DNA of 59,414 bases from Raillietiella orientalis (lineage: Eukaryota). Below are positions 13,345 to 24,240 of the stretch, one piece after another. The translations under genes and the position numbers were made by a program. Each line of letters opens with the position of its first letter. Position 1 is the stretch's first letter. Below the pieces are notes generated by a model. That model did not search any database, was not told where the DNA came from, and saw only the letters and a list, made by a program, of their open reading frames with translations. The stretch is from NCBI GenBank assembly GCA_036172245.1, contig JAYWIR010000154.1:1-59414 (forward strand), given 5' to 3'.

Positions 13345-15905
13345 AACTTGCGCCCGTGGAGTTTTACCATCGCTTCGCGCCAGAGCTGGCCCCCCTGGTG
13401 CTCAGGTTAAGTGCGCTGATCCGCGAACACGGCGAAGTTCCCGCCTCGTTCCGGTCAGCTAAAGTACGTCTCCTGCCGAAGTCAGGAGACTTACGCAACA
13501 TTGGCAGCTGGCGTCCCATCACAGTGGTGAATGCGGACGCAAAGTTGTATGCCAAGTTGTGGGCTGAGCGTTTGGGGCGGGTGGCCGCTTCCGTGGTGAG
13601 TCCCGAGCAGACCTATGCTGTTCCCGGACGAACCATGGAGGCCAATCTGCTCCTCGCCTGCTCATGGTGGCAGTTGCGACAACGCGTTGCACAGGACGGT
13701 CAAGGGAGCCTCGCGCCCCCCTCTGACCAAGAAGATCGGGCAGAGGGTGGGATGGACTCCGCGGGAGCCTTTGCCGTCGCGGTCGATTTGCACAAAGCAT
13801 TCGACTGCGTCGACCAGGATCTCCTTCTGGAGCTCCTGGAACGCATGGGTTTCCCTGCCGTGCTTCAATCTTACCTGCGCTCCTGCTGGCGCAACGCGTC
13901 AATCAATATTGGTTTCAGCGGCCGGCACGTGTACGGCGTGCCCGTACGCCGCGGCATCCGGCAGGGTGCCAGCCTGAGCCCCTTGCTCTTCAGCATCTAC
14001 TTTGAGTTGGTGCTGAGGGCATACAGGGTAACTCTGGCAACCCTGCCGAGCTCGTGTGCCGGCACGCCTGCCGTGTCGGCCTATGCAGACGATCTTCTGC
14101 TGCTGCTTCCCGGGTCCACCCCGGCGAGTGCGCTCGAGGACTTCTTCGAGTTGCTGCGCCGCGGGACGGGCCTGGAGGTGAACAGAGCGAAGTCGTCCAT
14201 GGTCTTCGTCGGTTCGGCGTGGGCTGGACCGTCGGATTGGATCCGCTTGGGGATCCCCACGGACAGGTGCTTCAAGTACCTAGGCGTTCCGATGGGGGAC
14301 TTCTGCGCAGCAGAAGCCTGGTCCGACCGTCTCCAATAGGCACCGTTGGCGTCCGGTCCGTTCCAAGAAAGAAAGCTCTACTTGCAAGAACGGGCCGCGG
14401 TGTGGAACGCGTTTGCGGCCCCCCTTCTTCGCCCCCTACTTTTTGTGTGCCCCGCCCCTTACTTCATCCGTAAACGAGCAGCGGGCCTCCTGAGGACAGT
14501 CCTTTGGGGCAAAGGGAGGTCCCGTGTGAGGCTCAAAGACTTGTGCGCTCCACGTAAGGACGGTGAACTTGGCGTACTTACGCTGGAGCGCATGGAACTA
14601 CAACTTCGATTTAGGACTCTCGCCCTTGCGGCAGAATTGTGGGACACGCCTTGGTGCGTTCCAGCACGCCTCCTGGCCCAACGAGCCTGCGGAATCGGCG
14701 GACATTTGTCGTTTCTGTCTGCGCGCGTCTGCAGAAGACCATACTGTGGCTCTATGCTGCGACGCATCTTTGTTGCGGTTCGGGAGAACGCCTGGATCTC
14801 CTGCCTCCCAGGAAACTACTCCGCCTGGTTGCACGAGTCAGTCTCCACCTGGAAAAGCATTCACGTTCCGGCGGGCACAAGGAACACTTGTATGAAAAGG
14901 CACGCCCGCTGGACGCTGCAGGAGATCGTGCTGTCCCACGACAAGCTTCTGTGGGCCTTGATAACCCCCCTCGCCACAGTGCTGCCCTTCCTTGTGAATG
15001 CCAGGGACAGTAGCGAGCAGGGGAAATGGACCGTGTCCTGCACTATAGGCGGCAGGACACAATCGATAAAGGCGTGGACATCTGGGCAGCTAGCTGACGC
15101 TGCGACGCCGAGTGTCCCGCCCAACGGAATTCGACGCTGGGGCGAGCTACTCAAACTATCTCCGAGGGAGATGAAGTGGCCCCCAGCGTCCTGGAACAGT
15201 GCATCCCTCCCCCTGAAATGGCAGGATGTGGCGTTGCTTGTGGTACTCTGGGGATTACCATTTAAAGCTCGCCTGCACCACACCACCCAAGGGGCTGTGG
15301 ATTCCAATTGTGACCGGTGTGGGGAAAAAGAAACATTCCCCCACCTTCTCCTTGAGTGTAGCGCCCTCCGCCCTTTGTGGGATCGTCTCGCGGAGATCCT
15401 GGACTTGCGCGGATGCGGCCCAAAGGACGTTTTCAGGCGCCTCTTCTGTAGTGACGCCTTGTCCCCGCCCGCTAGTGTAGCAGTCCCCTGCTGCATCAGA
15501 GAAATAGTGGCGGCTTGGAACGCCACCAGAAGAAGGCGTCAGCCAACCGGCAACGCCTTACACTGGACTCGCCTTTTCGCGCGCAGTGTCTGCAAGTGGC
15601 GCCACTTGGGCGCTGAAAGGACTCAGCTTGTGCGGATCCTGAATAGGATCTACAGGACCTCTCCACGCGCACCGTGATCCCTTCCCCGCCCTCCCACCCC
15701 TACAACATTTGTTCCCCCCCACATTTGAACTTCTTGTTTCTTTTTGTTTTTCTTTATTTCCCATCCCCGCGCATCGGAAGGACCTCTCCGGCACGGAGCC
15801 GGTAACCAGCAAGCTGTTTTGGAGTGGTGAACCTTCGGGTTCGCCACGCGACATTTTTCTGTAATTTTATTTCTATGAAATAAATGCCCCGGCACATCCG
15901 GGTGT
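13345..15905 (+). mobile_element. S8: 5'-truncated element, best-preserved ORF2 (RT to end; one stop at 14337-14339), intact 3' end
   Basis: Same-frame ORFs 13257..14339 and 14346..15677 with WRPIT, DLHKAFD, RQG, YADD, KYLG, CDRCGEKETFPHLLLEC; terminal motif 15879-15904. Confidence 0.95.
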
Positions 15906-15909
15906 GAAC

Positions 15910-18835
15910 AACCCGCCGCCGCGCTAACGGGAGAATGCCGGCGGATTGGCTGAGTCATTCGGAAGCGGCGGTGCATCTTCACTAGTTCCTCCGCGGCTTT
16001 GCCATCCGGGAACTCGCAGACTGGGACCATCTTAAAAGATCGGTTCCCGAGTTTTGCGACCGGTTTCCCCTGCACCTGCTACCACGCAGCTCCGGGGAAG
16101 GCGTGGCCAATAGCAGAGCATTTCTGCAGGCGCGCACCTTCTCGAGACGTGCGGAAGTCCGGCAACTCGCAGAGTACAAGGCGAGGGCCGAGCGCCAGGT
16201 CTGGCAGTCTGGAGAGGCTATTCTGCTCGACGACGAAGGCCGGGAATGCGCGGTTCCTGCCGAAGTTCGGCGAGCACCAAAGCGTCACTTCTCCTTGCTC
16301 TACGCTAATTCCCCGACGGAAGGAGTCCTCTCCGAACTACTTTTGCCGCGGGCTGCACATGACATCGGCGAGGAGGAAAGCGCTCGTCTCGACGAGCCCT
16401 CCACGTTGGAGGAAGTTTCTTCCGCCATCGCAGGACTCAAGAGACGGAAGACGCCATGTGAGGATGGACTGCCCGCGGAGTTCTATCCGAGCTTCGCGGC
16501 GGAACTCGTCCCACTGGTGCTTAGAATCTCGACGCTGATCAGGGTGACGGGCGATGTCCCCTCTTCCTTCCTCTCAGCGAGGGTGCGTCTCCTTCCGAAA
16601 GGAAGGAATCTGCGCCAACTCAACAACTGGTGTCCGATCATATTAGTGAATACGGACGTCAAGTTGTTTTCGATGCTGTGGGTCACGCGCTTAGGGAATG
16701 TCGCGGAGTCCGTGGTATGCCCGTAGCAGTCTTTCGCTGTACCAAGTAGATCCATGGATGCGAACCTTCTTATCGCGCGCAGCTGGTAGCAGCTTGAAGA
16801 GCCCGTTGCGGCGGATAGACGAACAGCGGCATGACCTTCTGCCGATTGCGTGCGCCAGTGCGGACGGACGGGAGAAAAACCGGGAGCCTTGGCACTGGCA
16901 GTAGATTTGCACAAAGCATTCGACTGCGTAAACCAGGAACTCCTCTTGGAGCTGCTGGAGCGTCTTGGGCTTCCGAATCATCTTCTCCTGTACTTGCGCT
17001 CCTGCTAGCGCCACGCTATTATCAACTTGTATTTCAGTGGCACACGCGTGTACGGAGTGGCCGTGCGCAGAGGCATCAGACAGGGCGACAGCTTAAACCC
17101 GTTGCTCTTCAGCATCTACTTTGAGTTGGTTCTAAAAGCGTACAGGCTGACGCTGGTCGTCCTGCCCAGCGCCTCTCCGTGCACTCCGTCCGCGGCAGCA
17201 TACGCCGACGACCTTCTGCTTCGGTTGCCCATGTCTACTCCGCCGGACTCGGTCCAAGACTTCTTCGAGCTGATCCGTCGTAAAGCGGGCATGAGCGTTA
17301 ACAGGGCGAAGTGCTCCGTCGTGCCGGTGGGTGCGTCGTGGGAGGGACAGGCCGACTGGATCCGCCTGGGGATCCCCACGGTCAGGTACTTCAAGTACCT
17401 TGGCGTACCGTTAGGCGACTTCTGCTCGTCTGAGTCGTCGTCGGCCTGTCTTCAAGAAGCAGAGATGGCTCTAGGCCCGTTCCTGGAAGGCAAGTTCGTC
17501 TTGCCGGAAAGGGCTTGCATATGGAACACCTTCCTTGCCTCCCTCCTCCGCCCATTATTTTTTGTTTGCCCGCCTCCCTATGTGGTTAAACTCCGGGCGC
17601 AGCGTCTCCCACGTAAGGTCTTGTGGGGCTCTGCGCGATCCAGGGTTCGCCTCAAAGATTTGGTCGCGTCATGCCAGGACGCAGGCCTGATCATCCTGAC
17701 CATCCAGAAGATTGGACTGCAAGTGCAGTTCCGGCTTCTATCCCTATGTGGGAAATTGTGGTCTAGTCACTGGTGTGCTCCGGATTGCCATATTCTCCAG
17801 CGATTGTGGGCAGTGCAGGATTGCTTTCGTTGCTGCCGCGCAACCTTCGCCGGAGAACTGGATTTGGCTACCTACTGAGGCACTTGTCCTCGTTGCTGTT
17901 AGCCCATTTCTGGATTTCGTGCCGCCCCTCCAATCGGAATGCTTGGCAGCAGGAAGCTCTGGAGCACTGGACGTCAACTTTGGATGTGCGCCCAGAGCAA
18001 CTGCGACCCTTACAGGGCCTCTTACTCAAACCGCTAGGAGTGATCCTACAGAACTGGTCGCTCATCGCCGCAGCGCTGTCTGCTCTCAGGGCAAACAACG
18101 ACAGTAGCCAACCGGCAAGGTGCGAGTTTTTCTGTAGCATTGCAGGAGTGGGAACACTGCTGAGCGTCTGCAGAACGAGCGTGTTGGTAGACGCTGCCAC
18201 TCCTCGTTACCTGGCAAAGGGACTTCTTCGTTGGAGTGAGGTTCTTGGATTACTACCCGAAGATCTCGTTGTCCCTTCCTTGTGTGTGGACAGCTCCGTG
18301 TTTCCGCTTCGATGGAAACAGGATGTTCTTCTTTTTCTGCACTAGGGATTCCAGTGCAATAAGCGTAGAAACTTGGTTACAAGGGAAGTCGTCTCCCCGA
18401 ACTGTCTCAGCTGGGGGGCGATAGAATCGCTTACGCACCTGCTCCTTGAGTGTAGTGACTTGCGGGAGTTATGGCGGAGACTTGCTTCGCAGCTTCGTCG
18501 TCCTCGGCACACTGCCACAGACTTGCTTCGACGCTTCTTTAGCAAAGACGGACTGGATAAAGGCGCTGCTATCGCAACAATCTCTTGTATCCGCGCCATC
18601 GTGATCGCCCGCCGTAAAGTAGAAGGCAGCTCGCAGCAAACGGACTCCGCCAGAATCGCTGCGCATCTTATGGAAGCAGCTGTCAGGTGGCCTCATCTGC
18701 CCAGAAAAGTCACCAAGGAAGTCGCCATTGTCAAACAGCGCTTCTAGAAAGATTAGGAACGTTTACCACCAAAGATCCCTAACCTCACTCTCCACTGTTT
18801 TTTTTTTGTTTGTTCTCTTATGTTTTGTTTATTTT
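15910..18835 (+). mobile_element. S9: subfamily C fragment (EN end, linker, RT, CCHC, start of 3'UTR)
   Basis: RMPADWL...ADWDHLKRSV; ORFs 16103..16726, 17027..17878 (RQGD, YADD, KYLG), 18373..18747; T-rich UTR at 18798-18835. Confidence 0.92.
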
Positions 18836-19870
18836 GTAACCCTCGCCCTCCGTACGGCCTGGGTCGTGGGCGCGGGTGGCACAGACTTCGCGGTAGCTTT
18901 CGCCGCCAGCCTTTTCTGCAGAAGGCGGGCGCGTTTTTTAAGGTTTTTCTTGGAAACCACCCGCACTGCTGCTTTTGGGCACACCTCTCTCGTGTGACTT
19001 TTTGTGCCGCATACTTGGCAGTCCACGTTGGGACACCTCTTTTTGAGGTGGCCCGACGTATTGCAGAAGCCACAGTTTTCGGCTTCCCCACATACCAGAG
19101 GTCGACGGTTTCGCCTTCGACCACCAGTTTGTGGGGAAGAGTGCAGCCCACCCGGACGGTCACGCGCGCAGCCATGACGCCTTGTTGCAGCCCCGTGTAG
19201 TCTTCGAAAAAACTAACTTTCGTCCACTGCGCGTGGACCGTTCCAAATTGTTCCAGAGCGGCGCGAAGCTGTTCTTCGCGCATTCGCGCGGTTACGCCTA
19301 ACATGTGGACCACCATGCTGCGGTCCGCCGTAGTGGGGAGGAGCCTGCGCGTCTTCATCACAACGGGGTTTTAAGCAGTCGTTGGGCCAGCTCTGCATGT
19401 TTGCAGATGACCTCAACGTACTGACCTTCGCTTCGGATGGTCATAGCGCTGAGCTCCTCCTCTTTCACATCGAGAGCGCGCATGACTTTCGAAAAGGCGC
19501 GCTTCTCTCTAAAGAATAGAGATTGCCTACCTTGTAGAACAATGAGGGGTTATACCCCTCCTCAACATAGGCTGACAATTTCGCCGCGGCTGCAGGCGAT
19601 GGCGCCAACACAACGGCGCTCCACGCCCGTGCCGCAGCGGGGACCGATTCTGTGGGTCCGGATGCCCCACCTCCATCGCCAGTGGGGGCGAAGTTGCCGC
19701 CGCCCCCTGGCTCTCCATCGCCTCTGGAGGCGGCGTTGCTTCTGTCCCCTGGCCATCCCTGGTGGTCGCGTCAGGCATCGCTTCCTGATCGACTACCGAA
19801 CGACACGACGCTTGCACTGGGGGACACTTCCTGGCACGAGGAGCACCGAGAAAACACATCCACCCCGGAG
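18836..19870 (-). mobile_element. S10: 5'UTR and ORF1 through the CCHC knuckles
   Basis: GGATGTGTTTT at 19851-19861; ATG 19778 (MPDATT); ORF 18753..19361 (DLWYVGKP); CQVCGTKSHTREVC. Confidence 0.87.
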
Positions 19871-19871
19871 C

Positions 19872-21967
19872 ACGCAAGGCGGTCGACTTCGTGGACCAGG
19901 AGCTTTTGTTGGAGCTCCCGGGTCGCATGGGCTTCCCACCCTTCCTACTAACCTACCTGCGCTCTTGCTGGCGCAACGCTATAATCAACGTCTCTTTCAG
20001 TAGTTAACAAGTGTACGGCGTGCCGGTGCGACGGGGCATCAGGCAGGGCGATAGCCTTAGTCCCCTGCTCTTCAGCGCCTACTTCCAGTTTGTGCTGAGA
20101 GCATACAGGGTGACTTTTGCTGCTTTGCCGAGCTCGTGCCCCGGCACGCTCGCCGTAGCGGCTTACGCCGATGATCTTCTGCTCCTTTGGCCCATGTCCG
20201 CCCCGGCAACCGCAGTCGAGGACTTCTTCGACCTGTTAAGTCGTGGGACTGGACTGCGGGTAAATAAGGCAAAGTCATCGGTGGTAGCGGCTGGTGCGAC
20301 GTGGGTCGGACGGCCTGACTGGATCCGTTTGTGGATCCCCATGGCGGGGTGCTTGAAGTTCCTTGGTGTGCCGTTGGGGGACTATTCCCCTTAGGAAGCG
20401 TGGTCTCCGGAAAGTAGAGTTGGAGATCGTCCCGTTCTTGGAAGACAGGTTTCTCCTTCCGGAACGGGCCGCGGTGTGAAACGCGTTCGCGGCTTCCATC
20501 CTCCATCCCCTGCTTTTTGTTTGCCCCGTCCCGCTGCAGTTGAAGAAACGGACGAAGGACCTTCAAAGGATCGCCCTTCGGGGAAGAGGGAGGCCCTGAC
20601 TCCCGTTGATGAACTTGTGTGCTCCGCGTCGGGATGGCGGTCTCGGCCTCTTGACGCTGGAGAGAGTGGAGTCTCAGCTGCGATTACGTACCCTGGCCAT
20701 CGCAGCGAAGTTATGGAGCACCCCTAGGTGCATTCAGGCCCGCCTCCTAGCCAGCCGTGTGTCCCGCTCCGATGGACTCGCATCTTTTCTTCTGCGCCCA
20801 GGCCAGAAGATAAGAAGATGCGGCCTACTGCTCGGGCGCGTGGCAACATTGGTCAAGGAGAACGTCTGGATGGCATGCAGTTCCGCCAACTCCTCCGCAT
20901 GGCTAAAGGAATCAGTGGGAACGTGGGCGAGGTTAAATGCCCAAGGTGAAGAAAAGTACAACTGCCTGCGATTCTACAACCGTGCCCGCTGCAGCCTGCA
21001 GACCTTCTTTGCAATGTCCCGCCCGGTGCACGTGGGCCGAGACCACGCCCCTAGCTACGGCGATGCTCTTCCTGAAGAGAACGCTCTCCCGCAGCCGCAC
21101 GCCTAGGTGGTAAGTCTACTGCCTAATCGCAGGCAAAGAGAAGAAGTTAAGCGGCTGGACCAAGGCCCAACTGGCCGATGCCACTACCCGAAGTGTCCTC
21201 CCGCGTGGTTTCAAGAGATGTGGCGAGCTGCTCGGCATCTTGACGGATCACCTGATGTGGCCCCGAATTTTCTTGGATCGAGGATCCTCCCCCTGAAGTG
21301 GCAGGAGTCGGCGCTTCTTCTTGCATTGGGGTCTACCCTGCAACGCATGCCGCCACCACTGTACCAGGGGTCGAGTAGATCCTGCCTGCATCAGGTGTGG
21401 GGAGAGGGAAACCCTCCCCACCTCCTTGTTGATTGCGCTGCCCTCCGACCCCTGTGGGAGCGTCTTGGTACCTGCGTACGGCTTCAGGAGGGCAGACAGA
21501 CCAGAGACGTTTTTCGGCTTCTTTTCGTGCGGGATGCCTTGAGACTAGCCGCCGCCCTGGAAGCACTCTGCTGCATCCGAGGGATCGTGACAAGTTGGAG
21601 CGATTACAGAAGACCGAGCCACGAGAGGGACGCCGGTAGCGGACTGCCATCGAACTGGCAGTCCGCTACCTGCGGCTTGCAACCAGATGGCCCCACATGG
21701 GAATCATTCCGACGGACCTCGAGGGCATCCTCGAAAGGATGGACCTTCATCCCAGCGGACCGCGATCCCTTCCCCGCCCTCCAAATACTTTTTGTTTTTC
21801 TGTTTTATTTTTCCTTTAGTTTTTCCCCACTCCCTTCCGCTGACCAGGAGAGTCGCGCCGGTCTGCGTACCGGCGACCCGGCAGGTCCTGTTGAGTTGCA
21901 CGTAGTGGGGACTAGTACCACTAATTGTAAAAAAAGTTTACAATAAACGCCCTGGCGTGACCGGGTG
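19872..21967 (+). mobile_element. S11: 3' part of an element (RT domain 3 to intact 3' end)
   Basis: ORF 20011..20394 (RQGD, YADD); CIRCGERE; terminal motif 21942-21967. Confidence 0.92.
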
Positions 21968-22912
21968 GCAACGTAAAGGGAGGACCAGAACCCTCGCACG
22001 AGGTGCCTGATCGCAAGTGGGGCCGAGCGTTTCCAGCCCCGGTCGTCCAGCAAGCTGGCCGACCCGAATTGCCAGGCTTGGCGCACGGCCCCGGCTCGGT
22101 ATTCTGCTAGGCTAAGGACGTTGGGGGTTCTCTCGTACCGGCGGGCCTGTAGATTGGCCCGATGGTTGCGAGGGCCCTCACCAAATCCGGGGGGCAGGCA
22201 ATCCAACGGGAACTGCTCGCAGAACTCGCGGACCGATCCCTTAAAGGGGTCCCAGTCAGCGAGATTCCGGAGGGGTACGCCTCTCAGGAATTGGCGAAGG
22301 TGTTCCTTCGCACCTAAGAGCCTCGTCCAGTCCCCAGGCAGCCGCCAGGACCTGTGCAGGGATCCTTTGTAGCGCGGGCATACCTCTGCGATTAACTCGG
22401 AATGGTCAGACAGCGTCGACGCAACTCTCCCCCGTTTGCCGACTTGCGAGCACAGATCGGCATCCAGCAAGACGTGGTCTATTCTGCGGTGCATTCCCTC
22501 AACGTCCGCCAGCAAGTTGCGCGTGCGCACGGCAGCGCAAAGCTCGTTGGCCGTGCGTTCTTGTGCTTCGGGCTCACCTGACAGCAGACGGAGATTGAAG
22601 TTCCCAGCGATCAGGTGTGCCTTCCGCACGTTCGTCTCGGCCAGTTATTCGCGCTTAAGGGTTTCCAGCAGCTTGGTACGGTCGCTGTATCCCTTTTTTC
22701 CTCTCGGGGCGTGCACATTCCTGACGATCAGGTCGATCGAATCGCTCCAGCTGAGAATCAGCTGACCGACTTGACCGTCGTCATTAAAGCGCAAGTTCTT
22801 TACGGCAGCGTCGATGGCAGGCTTCACGAAAAACGCGACCTCACAGGTGTTGCTTGCACAGCATCGCCAAACCAGCAGACCCCCCTCAATCCTCTTGATC
22901 TCCTGGACGTCC
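21968..22912 (-). mobile_element. S12: endonuclease and linker fragment
   Basis: ORFs 22645..22827 (NVHAP) and 21805..22629 (IAGNFN, IDH, SDH, ...SSLYVA). Confidence 0.9.
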
Positions 22913-22914
22913 GA

Positions 22915-23971
22915 TCTCCTGGATACATGCCTGCACTCCGTTATAAGGTCAGTAGGCCCCTTAACGGGAGAATCGGTCGTGAGCTCAATGATGAGCTCGT
23001 CCGGATCGGCGTTCGCAAGCAGGAACTCCTTGCCATAATGCCAGCTGGCCGGATGGAATATACGAAGATTCGGTGCAAGAACGCAGCACTTGTGCAGCGC
23101 CTTCTCCGTACGCCGTCGACCATCAATGGCAAGGAAGTCCTACCTACCGCGATGGACGACTCTTTTGTCGTTCAATTGTGCGACATCGAACCGGAAATCT
23201 CCGACCGCGATGTTGTAAGCGTGCTGGCGAAGTTCGCCACAGTGCACGCCCTGTAGAGGACGCCGAACCCTTTGAAGGATTCCTCCTTTGTCCACATCGG
23301 ACAAGCCTCCGCTCGGATCACCGTCGCGAACAGGCGTGTTGTGCCTGAGCAGCTGCAGTTGAACGGCACGGTCGTTCATCTGTGATTTATAGACCAAACT
23401 CGCGCGTGCAAGCAGTGAGGCAAGAATGGGCTCCGAATTAAAGAGTGCCCCTCTCCTAGATGCCGTTATTGCAAAGATTCCGGGCACGAAATCAAAAAAT
23501 GCTCGGTACTTGCACGAAAAAGAGCCGCATCGGAAATTCGTCGGGTTGAAGAGACCACTGCACGAAAAGCCGCAGCGGCAAATAAAAAACGTCGTCGGCA
23601 AAAACTCGGAACAAACAACGAGCGATCCGCGGATGAAAAGAAAGCATCTTCGCCCGCAACGCCCCTAAACTGGAAAGTCACGGCGCGGAAGACAATTAGA
23701 AAGGGGCGCGAGGGTTTCACGCGTGCCGTGCCTTCCCTCTCTGCCGAAATCGCATGAAACTCTCCGAGCCAGGAACCAGGAAATCTCCGTAACACCCTGA
23801 AGGGAAAGGTAGAAAAACAAAAAGATCGCAACAGTACGAAGAGTTTTAGACCCGTTCCTTTGTCCCTTCCGAGTTCCGGACATCCCCACTGCAGCGCAGG
23901 CACCTCTTCAGAGGCTACGAAAGCCGTAAAAGCAGCGTCGCAACAAGCAAAAGCACGCTGCATGCAGTCGC
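22915..23971 (+). mobile_element. S13: divergent ORF1, N-terminal and central part; left half of the element hosting the family B dimer
   Basis: GYMPALRYKV...QRLLRTP...VHAL; CRYCKDSGHEIKKC; ends at GCAGTCGC. Confidence 0.8.
23964..23971. repeat. Putative 8-bp target-site duplication GCAGTCGC (partner 35463-35470)
   Basis: Exact direct repeat at both ends of the B dimer; removing the dimer gives a continuous frame ...KARCMQSREYENTQG... Confidence 0.65.
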
Positions 23972-24240
23972 CCCTTCGCCGACTCGGCAGGCTCCCCCAA
24001 CTCCCACAAAAGGTGGAGTAAATTTATTTTTCAAAGATTTTTCTACAAAAACATTCACACTACAGTCTCATTCATACCATTTGCACTGTCTTTACAACTC
24101 TGAGGTCCATGGGTTCACAAGTTCTCCACTCATGGTGCGTTTCCTGCTGTTTAGTCCTGGGCGTCGTCTTCTATCCTCTTCAGGATCAATCGGTACGTCC
24201 ATGCTTGGATTTTCCCACAGTTTCTAATTCGGATTTCCCT

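Noticed and set aside
13257..15677. Functional RT gene, or bacterial group II intron, retron or DGR
   Set aside because: It has an in-frame stop and no 5' half; the APE EN, CCHC ORF1 and AATAAA context identify eukaryotic LINEs.
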